DNA of 64,000 nucleotides. Origin: Dicyema japonicum. Lineage: Eukaryota > Animalia > Dicyemida. Both the position numbers and the translations under genes were made by a program. The notes under the pieces were generated by a model. The model ran no database searches. It saw only the letters and a program-made list of their open reading frames with translations, and was not told where the DNA came from. This document shows, one piece after another, positions 55,571 through 64,000 of the stretch. The number at the start of each line of letters is the position of its first letter. Position 1 is the first letter of the stretch. The DNA lies in contig RDEW01000040.1 of the NCBI GenBank assembly GCA_011109175.1, positions 423,484-487,483 of the forward strand, in the 5' to 3' direction.

Positions 55571-55931
55571 ATGGATAATTTCACGTTGGAAAACAAAAAT
55601 GTAAATAGTCTGTCATTCCCAACAATTGTCAATTCTAATGGAGTTGTAATTATATTTTAATAATTAGATTAAAAGAATTCATAAATTTTCTATTTTAAAG
55701 TCAATTATGGAATTTGAATCATCACAAGAATCACAATTTTATGATGACTCAGAATATATTAACAAAAGTTTGAAAATAATAATTTAAGTTTATTCTAACT
55801 TTAGGAGGAATCTTAAATCAAATAACAAATCATTTATTAAAATCCGTGTACCATCGACAGATGAATTCTTTGAAATTTGCACTGATTTTGAGTGCTTAAC
55901 TATTAATGATGATTTATTTACTTGGCAGTAA
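55571..55931 (+). CDS. Possible small orphan gene (105 aa, two micro-introns)
   Basis: Removing 22- and 21-nt GT-AG segments yields an open frame from an ATG in AT-rich context. No recognisable motif; could arise by chance. Confidence 0.3.
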
Positions 55932-56019
55932 ACGTTACCATTTGAATGTGCACTACAAAATTATACCTTTTATAGTCACAAAAAATCATCACTAATAATT
56001 AGTTAAAAGCTCCTTCGCG

Positions 56020-56520
56020 TAGCCCTAAAAGGGTTTTGCTTGAGCCATGCTTTACAGCCATCATCCACGCAATCCTCGCCTACATTCGTCTTCCATGCTG
56101 ACAGTTTTCAATTTCAGTCGCCTTATCGTCCAAATATTTGTGCCAGGGGTCATTCGATCGTTTTTTCTCTTTGATGCATTTTTATTCGGATTTAAACTTT
56201 TCAGTTTCGAATGTGTTTCCTTTTGCTGTTCCGAGAATTCTTTTATCACGGGGTCATGACGATTGTCTGATGGGAGTAAGATAATCCGGATTTTCCAAAG
56301 GTTCCTTCGTATCTAAGGGCATTCTTTGTCTCTTGTAAGCAGCAGATGTTAATTTTGTAACGTGACAGATCTAAAGATAGTTGTTCCCTTTTGATTAGAA
56401 ATGAGAGGCCTTGAACGTTGTATTTGGCGATGGTGAACAAGGAGTTTGAATCTAAGCATGATAAAGACATAATTTTTGTGGGGACAAACAGATGCACGTC
56501 ACCACTTCAACCAAAACAAT
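56020..56520 (-). mobile_element. Internally deleted RTE family-1 element
   Basis: APE start (YNVQGL, ICCLQETK) joined to 3'-end sequence. The leader GTGGTGACGT is shared with 1147-1156. Confidence 0.65.
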
Positions 56521-56549
56521 CACTAATAATTTTTTCATTAATTTTTATT

Positions 56550-57405
56550 ATTCTATTTAATAAACCCAAAGATCACCAAGAAAGGTGTTGAAACAACTAA
56601 GTGATCCCAATTTCCAATAACTTCTGAACTATTGTTGAGTGATCCACCAGCGATCTCATCATTCACCAAAAGAGTTTTTTTAATATGTCTTCAGAGGAAG
56701 TCTACTGGAGTGTGCTTCTGTATGATCGAACGATTACTCTGCATGGATCACTCTTTCACTGAATGAGGTTCTTCGTTCCTTAGATAATTGTAGGAAAACC
56801 ACTGCCAATTTCAGAGCTGATTTTCTGAGGAGATTGACGGTGGATGTATTCTGCCATGGTGGAATATTTGAATAGTTTTGCATCTGAAAGAGTTTATATA
56901 CCCGATCCTCAAAAAGGAAAAATCTTTAAACGGAAAAGCGTATTCGATGGTCGGAGCAATTATTCGACGATAAGCCGAGGAGGTTCTTTTTTAGAATGGT
57001 CTTAAAAACGTTCCACTTAAAAAGCCCCTTGGTAATCACTTCTTCAGCGTGACTGGAGATATGTGTGTCAAAAGTGACTCAAAATATCTTCTGACATTCG
57101 TCCATGTCCACGAATGCCTACAAAAGAACTCGATTGGGGTGTCATTCTTTAGGACTTATTGACGTTCCTATGCGTAAGCATCGACCAATGGGTTTCCTGG
57201 TGTTTTAAAAAACCAAAAAAACAGTAGACATGGTACCTCGTCAATTTTTCTGAAAGTAGATTGGTAGGGAGGGTTGTAATAGTGCGGAAAATAGATGAGG
57301 ATACCGCAAAATTTTATCCGGGACAGGCCTATCAATTACTGAAATTAAATGAAAAGTTCTAAAGAACACAGTAACACCAAACTAATTACTCACGTGATCC
57401 CGGCT
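56550..57405 (-). mobile_element. Vingi-like 3' fragments
   Basis: Two GGGATCAC tails on the minus strand (~56600, ~57398). Confidence 0.65.
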
Positions 57406-57542
57406 AGCTCCAAAAGAGAAAAATATAAATTACAGAAAATTGAGCGATAGTTTTCATTTTTAATAAATTAAATATTAATAAAATTATTTTTTTTAATTAT
57501 TAATTTTTTAAATTTAAAAGCACGTTGGTTTGTTCGATCTTC

Positions 57543-58029
57543 ATGGTTTGTCTCAATAATCATTTTTAGTCAAAGTCCGTTGTAAAGTCTGTTAACAATT
57601 TGAAGATTATAAAAAAGAGGACAAAAAAGTTTGTTCGTCATCAGTCGGATAGATTTGCACGTGTCAAAGTAAAATTAAATCTTTATAGTTTAGAAAAATT
57701 GGAGAAAACCCAAGGGAATTGACAATGTGGTGCGTCAGCGATGCAAAGGGGCTCGACGAATGCCTAAAATCGGTTATGGCTCCAACAAAAAGACAAAGAA
57801 AATGCTCTCTAATGGACTCAGAAAATTCCGGATTAACACTGTCAAAGTTAACATTATGTTTCACTTCCAGGACGTGGATATCCTTTTGATGAACAATGGA
57901 AGATTTTGTGGTGAGATATCAGGGACTGTTTCAAGTCGTAAACGAAAGGTCATCGTTGAGAGGGCAGATCAGTTGGGTGTTCTCATTACAAACAGGAATG
58001 CCAGAGTCAGAACTGATCTCATTGATTAA
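57543..58029 (+). CDS. RPL32: 60S ribosomal protein L32 (eL32), 137 aa
   Basis: M|SKSVVK...[19 protein letters not shown]|[14 protein letters not shown]...GYGSNKKT...K|DVDILLMNN. Introns at 57546-57569, 57669-57693 and 57847-57870. Confidence 0.96.
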
Positions 58030-58339
58030 TTGATTATTTTTAACTTTCATAGTTGTGTTTACTGTTCTCATTTTGAATGGTACTAAGAGACAGGTCATTA
58101 AAGAAAAGATATTGTTTTTCTGTAGTGCAAATACATATAATTTTGATAATCCACTGTAGCATTAAATTTTTTCACATCGCAAAGTATATAATGAAATCTT
58201 CATTAATATACTTAACCTACTTAACGCAACGAGAAAATCAAAATAATCCAGTCGAGAGGATGGAATGGTTGTTTCCCCTGACAACTGCCAGAGAAATCAT
58301 TTGGAACAGCCATTCGGTTTACTGACTCTCATTACTCAC

Positions 58340-59200
58340 TTTCGGTATCATTTACCCAAGAGATCTTAGAAGAGACCGTCTTGGGCTAGAAGACTCGTCT
58401 CGATGACAACTGGCTGTACATGGAATCTGGTGGAGGGGCTGTCGTATTTTTTAATCTTGAAATTCTCGAAAGTACGAGCAGCCTCCCCTTCAAACCATTA
58501 ACAAACTTTATACCAAAATTTTTCAGGCTTCTTGTAACACACGTTGGAGTCTTCTCCTGAAACCTCTGATCCCCTTTATGATTCACTTCAAGTTGCCATG
58601 TATCTGTCAAGCATCTTTTTTCATCAAGTTCCTTTTTTCTGTTACTCGACACTAATAATGATCTTCACTCTCATCTAAAGTCTCGTTGAACAAATTTGAT
58701 CCCTACTCTCCTTGACTTTCAAAAAATGAGATAACACACTCCTTGTATGCATTGAAATACCAAGTCTACAGATCGTACATGAAAAAATAAAAACATCTCC
58801 GTTGTGGGTTTTAATTTCTTCATGCATAGGATCGCATTGTGTGCTTTTGTCTTTCACAGCTTAAAGTCCTATAACGTACTTCTAATTTTCTCAAAAGCGG
58901 TTACTTCAGGAATCCACAGTATTGGTTCCACATAAGGAGACTTTGTGAAAACTTTTAGTTTCGTCCGAAAAACTTATTGCACTATAATTTCTTCTGACAA
59001 TTTTGATCTTTCGAGACCTCTTATCTATTCCATATGTACAGTCAGTTTTATCTCCGAGGTCACTAGATCTCGACTAGTACATCGTCTGTGTACATTAGAC
59101 TTGTGACCTCGAAGACAGAAAACTGGCCATCAGCACATTAAATAGCAGATGGATTAAAATATATCCTTGCAAGATTCCTTTAATAATATCATATTTAAAA
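58340..59200 (-). mobile_element. Degenerate LINE RT remnant
   Basis: GILQGYILIHLLFNV and MYTDDVL (degenerate PQG/YADD). Confidence 0.5.
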
Positions 59201-60707
59201 AGCTAAAAAAGAAAGAAAAGCCAAAAAAGAAGCGAAGTGAGATTGTAGTCTGTTGGGGTCGACTATAATCTCTTCCTCGAAAATATTGACCCCTTGCACC
59301 ACTATTTGTTTAAGCGATGCAACAATTTTTCAGATCCAACCATACACCTGTTAAATGGCATACGTTCTGCTCAATTATTTTTGGATTTCAATGCCCATCG
59401 TCTTTTTGTAGAATATTGAAGTCCCTGGCCCAGCGTTGGCACCGGGATGGCAAGGTATATAAATTGAACTGTATCCAGGAAAATTGACACCTCCAGATTT
59501 CTTCATTATCGTCTCTTTAATAATAAGCACATCCATCTGAACTGTGATGATGAGCCATCTGCTCTGACGCCCGCATTCGGAGATAGCGGGCATTAACCAG
59601 AGTAATTCTGGTTACATCTGATTTATTTGGTGGCTGTCCTCTTCTTTTAGAAGAGCCACCAGTCCAAGTAAAGACTTGGCGTCCTTTTTCGTATTGGTCA
59701 AGTCTTTAGTGGTCTTTTCAACCTTATTCATTATATTAATAAGAAATAGATTTAGCGTTGACCCAGTTCTTGAAAGTGACAACGTCTGCATACCTGAATG
59801 AGACATTTTCGGTTCCTCCGTCTTACTGAAATTTTGGCTGTCTTCCTAACTGCTGGAACGTTCCAGCCTGCCAAAGGTTTTAACGCCGAATTATTTGTTT
59901 CAATTCGACTTATCCTCTCATTCTCTGAAACTGCTTTTAACAGTTTTTTCGTCAATAATTTCTTGTTTTTCAACTTTGAGGCTTCTTTTGCCTTCTGACA
60001 GCCCCCATAATTTGCCAAGTGGCTCGTAGAGCTCCAGTTGACAAATTTCTTCCTGTTAGAGTCCTTGCAATCCATGCTAGCATATGTGCCCGAACAAAAT
60101 AGACGTTTCTCTTGATTTTACAAAAACGTGATGTGTCCGAGCCTTGGCATCGATAGCACTAAACCTCCGGTTTTCTGTACCAATTGGGATTTACATTCGA
60201 AAAGCCGATCTTTAGCCCAAATCGTGCAAGCGATTGAGCTTTTCCGTGGTCAGACATTACCAATTTAATAATAGGCAATCTAACTCCTCTTCTCTAAAAC
60301 CATTCGAGAGTCATTTTTCCATTTAGTTTTTCCATTAGTAAGTTTTCGAGTTCCTCCATTTCGATCCAAGTTGGGACATTCTTGAGAATGATTGCCACTT
60401 TTTTGAAAAAATGGCCTTCTCCAAAAGGTTTGTTTTCTTCTAACTCGTTTTGAAAGCTTTGTTTTTTCAACTTTGAAGTTCAGCAGAAACTCTCCTGATT
60501 GTCGACGCGAAGCTCGTGCCTTCTTAATCGATTTCATATTACACAACGTGTTGAATATCCTGATGGCTCCCATCGAGGGATTAATAACTTTGAGAACAGT
60601 AATGTTGCCTTCCAAATTTTTTTATCTGATAAAAATTTCCTCCTTTTCTGTCTTCCTTTTTTTTATTTTCTATCTGGACTTTTTTGTATTTTTATCACTG
60701 TGATAAC

Positions 60708-62852
60708 TAGGGCGAATTTTTTTAAACCTAAAAAATAAAAAATTTAATCTAACAAAAATTAACTTTATTAACCTAAAAACTAAAAAATTAACCCAAAAAT
60801 TTAACTTTATAACTAAACAATAAAAACACTAAAACTTTTTGTTACACATACAAATTACATAATTTTCTAAATTCAACCGAGCACTAAGTTGGCTGACAAT
60901 TCAGGAGTAATAAATGCGCGGCAGGAGATATGTTGAATTAGTCATTTTAATTATGTTTGAAATAATATTTTTTGAAGCCTTTTATTTATGTATTCTTTAA
61001 TAAATTTGTTGTCATTTCCAAATTCAACGATTCTAAACCATCATATGCTTGTTTAATTGTGAAGCGTGTACTTTGGTAATAATATCTACAATAGTGACAT
61101 TATTCGGGAACCTGGAATGTTCGAATAGCTAAGGATAAGGTCACATAGACAGCTAATTAACACGTGGTTTTTGAGACTTTCTTTGGCTGTTCGAACTAGA
61201 TATCTATCATCCGCGAATGATTCGAAAATATTTTGAACTTCGATCAGATTTTCTTAATAGCATGGCCTTAAGCCAGGTCCCCCATCTTGTCAAATGCGCA
61301 CGAGGTGGAATGGCGATGTTTCTGTCTTTGAATATTAGTTTTCTTCTATTGTTCTTGTTAATTGCTGCTTGTACAGTAGCTATCATCAAATCAATTTCCG
61401 GATAAGAGTCTCTTATTTTCTCACAACAATTGTGTAATAGATGAACGGCACATGTGACATGGAATAACTTGGGGTAAAGATTTTTAAGTATTTTGCCAGC
61501 TAAAACATAAACATAAAATTTTACCTGACACAAGTTTTTGTTGAATTAACAATTTTTGATCCATTATGATTTGATCCACACAGCTTCTAGCTTTTGATGG
61601 TGAGGGAACTCGTACAGAGCCTCCGTAAAACAATTCTCTAAGCCACGGCATAGATAGTTTGTTTAGTGGAATATCAGATTTTATAAATGCTCTAATTACT
61701 TGTAGAGCCCAATCATCAATTTTGGAATATTGGTCAATGTGTGTTTGGTGCGATTCGGTCATATTATCAAGAAAAATAATTGTTATTTTGCAAAACTCAA
61801 TGAATTTTTGATGTTTTTGTGAGGCTCAATGGGAATTTACAAAATGCCTTTTCTCGCATTTTATATTACACAGAGTCGACAATATAGCGCACCATCCTCA
61901 AGAATCATAAATTCTTAAGGATAATCCTTACAATGGCCTTTTCTTTAATTTGGTACAATTTTGCTATCTTAGGCATGTCAGCCAAAAATTTTACTGGCAA
62001 TATATATTATTAATAGTTAATTTGGTTCCCATTCAAAATGGCCTCTTTCAAAATGGCCTCCGATAAATTTTTTCAGGTTTTGGATAAGTTTATCAATAAA
62101 CATCACGAGATATTTTACCAAGGTCCTCGACATCTTTAGGTAAAAAAGTCATCTATTTAAATCTTATAAAAATTGATTTTAAGGGGTCCTATGGGTAAGT
62201 GGAACATTTTACCAAGGTCCTCGACATCTTTAGGTAAAAAAGTCATCTTTTTTAAAATCTTATAAAAATTGATTTTAAGAAGTCCTATGGGTAAGTGGAA
62301 CATTTTACCAAGGTCATCGACACCTTTAGCTAAAAAAGTCATCTTTTTTAATATTTTTATATAAGTTTAAAATGAAATATTTATTTTCAAAAGAAAAAAA
62401 GGAAAATGATTATAAATGTTAATAGAACACATATTCTACTAAATTGAATATATATTCTGTCGGATCCATATTAAGTAATATTTGTTCTTGAACAATATAT
62501 TCTCAGATAAAGCGATATATTTAGTTTTTCTAAGAATTTTTTCTCCATTTTGTAATCTTAAGAATTTAATCATTATGCCTTCTTCTTTTATCAATTTCTT
62601 TACAAAATTTCTTGGCGTCTTGTTTAGTGTCCCAAATGTACTTCTAAAAACGTTGTGCCTTCTTTTAGAAGAAGAGTGTGATAATTTTGTGATAAGAAGA
62701 AGAGGAATTACCAACAATCTGGATCAAAATACGCTTAATTTGTTAATTTACTCGTTATTATTATATTACAAATTTGGTTAATAAAAAATAGTTAAAATTT
62801 ATTTTAATGTTTATTTATTTACTATTATTAAATTTTAACTTAGTTCGCCCTA
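60708..62852 (-). mobile_element. hAT element with CGGBP-like transposase, complete ends
   Basis: TIR TAGGGCGAA at both ends; perfect 8-bp TSD GTGATAAC (60700-60707, 62853-62860). N-terminal C2H2 (YCRLC...H), SDIPLNKL, AGKILKNLYPKLFHVTCAVHLLH, TRWGTWL. Internally deleted. Confidence 0.9.
62020..62350. repeat. MITE-like element start with ~94-96 bp tandem units
   Basis: TTTGGTTCCCATTCAAAAT terminus; units start at 62129, 62223 and 62319. Same family as 7497-7722. Confidence 0.8.
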
Positions 62853-63684
62853 GTGATAACTAACGTTTTTTTCTTAGCATCTCTAAATTGACCTGCCTTG
62901 ATCTTCTCTTCAAACCTTTTGACAGTAGTCGCTCCTGTAGATCGTAAAGAGGTGCTAATTTTTAATGTTGCACTTTTTGACTCTTTTGAATTATCTTTTT
63001 GAACTATTTTTTTCCAACCAACGTCACAACAACCACTCTGCGCCGAGTCGATTTTTCTGATCAAATCTTAAATAACGAAATAATAAAATGTCCTCTTTTA
63101 TCCGATCCATAAGTTATTCGGGCTTTCTGTTCTGGATAATTGACTTTTATGACTTTGTGGCTTTCACTGTCCCTTTGAGATGTCAAGACACACATGAACA
63201 GACTATATTTTAAAGTCACCTAAAAACAATATTTCTAAATATTTCAAATTATTTTATTTATAAAAGTTAACTTTTTTTCTTGGGACCACGTGATCTCAAT
63301 TATTAGATTTATTCCTAAGACATCACTGAAATATCATTATATGATCTCCTAGTTTACGAGAACTTAGGTTCAACAAAAATTTAAAAATAAAGTGGCTATT
63401 GAAATTTATTTCCAAAGACCGCAGTTAAAGACAAAACAAGAAATTATGTGATTAATTGAGGATTTAAATTTTTATAGGCCATCTTGAATATTTTTTGATA
63501 AACTCGGTTGTACTGATACGCCTAATGTTATGTTTGAAAAAAACCAGTTCGAAAACAGTGACCAGCTGTGGAAGGACATATTAAATGATGGTCTTTTGAC
63601 TACATCTTATTGAATTACACTTATCGAACTGAATAGAATCCAAATAAAAAATTAGATAAAAAATAAATATAACTTAAGCTCTAG

Positions 63685-64000
63685 GAGGTGTCTTGTTTTG
63701 GATTCAACGTGCACGGACACTTTCTCTAATGAGAATTTGATTAATTCATCGTTAAACGTGAGTTCCACAGCGAGCACTGATTGGAAAGGAGAAAGTACCA
63801 AGGCATCGTGGACCGGTTCATTTTCCAGCAGATCTCCGTTGAGACGTCTGACGTTATTGTCACGTCTGAGTTTATCAGGTTAAGGAGGAAGGGTGAACCT
63901 AGAATGACGCGATAGGTTTTCAAGAACATTGAGCTCGCAATTATGAGAGGTAACTCCCATTGCGTGCTCAATGCCTGCAGACCATAATGGAGACCTGTCA
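63685..64000 (+). mobile_element. CRE-like RLE 3' fragment
   Basis: LVLDSTCTDTFS...EKYQG...ISVET...IELAIMRGNS. Confidence 0.75.

Larger units (their letters stand above)
59400..63150 (-). mobile_element. I/Jockey-group LINE ORF1 plus APE start, interrupted by the hAT insertion
   Basis: VINPSMGAIRIFN...RRQSGEFLL, three CCHC-knuckle remnants (CYRCQ; ...; H-LANYGGC), then ITLVNARYL and DVLIIKET. Sequence is continuous across the 60708-62852 insertion once one TSD is removed. Confidence 0.65.

Noticed and set aside
58040-58330. Possible spliced gene downstream of RPL32
   Set aside because: Intron-like segments exist, but no consistent frame, start or recognisable motif could be built.
62120-62345. 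CRISPR-like array
   Set aside because: Units are contiguous near-identical ~95-bp repeats with no unique spacers, there are no cas genes, and the context is eukaryotic.

Overview
This is eukaryotic nuclear DNA (AT-rich) from a highly divergent, compact-gene animal. Every intron I could resolve is an ultrashort GT-AG intron of 19-32 nt, so the ORF track fragments or misses most genes. A myxozoan or dicyemid-like parasite is the best guess; this is inference only. Host genes reconstructed by hand-splicing: mitochondrial TrpRS (5' part, minus), CNOT1 (minus), PSMA1 (minus, missed by the ORF track), an SRPK kinase with an apparent ~690-aa basic N-terminal extension (plus), a shortened ATP6AP2 (minus), an Eag-type KCNH K+ channel (plus), RPL32 (plus), and one or two small orphan genes. 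Most of the remainder is transposon debris. It includes many Ingi/Vingi-like LINE copies (one near full length with a 2A/StopGo motif), two RTE families, CRE-like and R4-like RLE fragments, an I-group LINE, Tc1/mariner derivatives, and two hAT elements with perfect 8-bp TSDs whose transposases carry host-sized micro-introns. The most interesting signals are the micro-intron system, the intron-bearing hAT transposases, a covarying 3' RNA stem spanning the Vingi stop codon, and the AUG-less leader plus 2A architecture. Many ~90-160 bp exact tandem duplications and three single Ns are probably assembly artefacts. Family names come from motif recognition; no database search was run.
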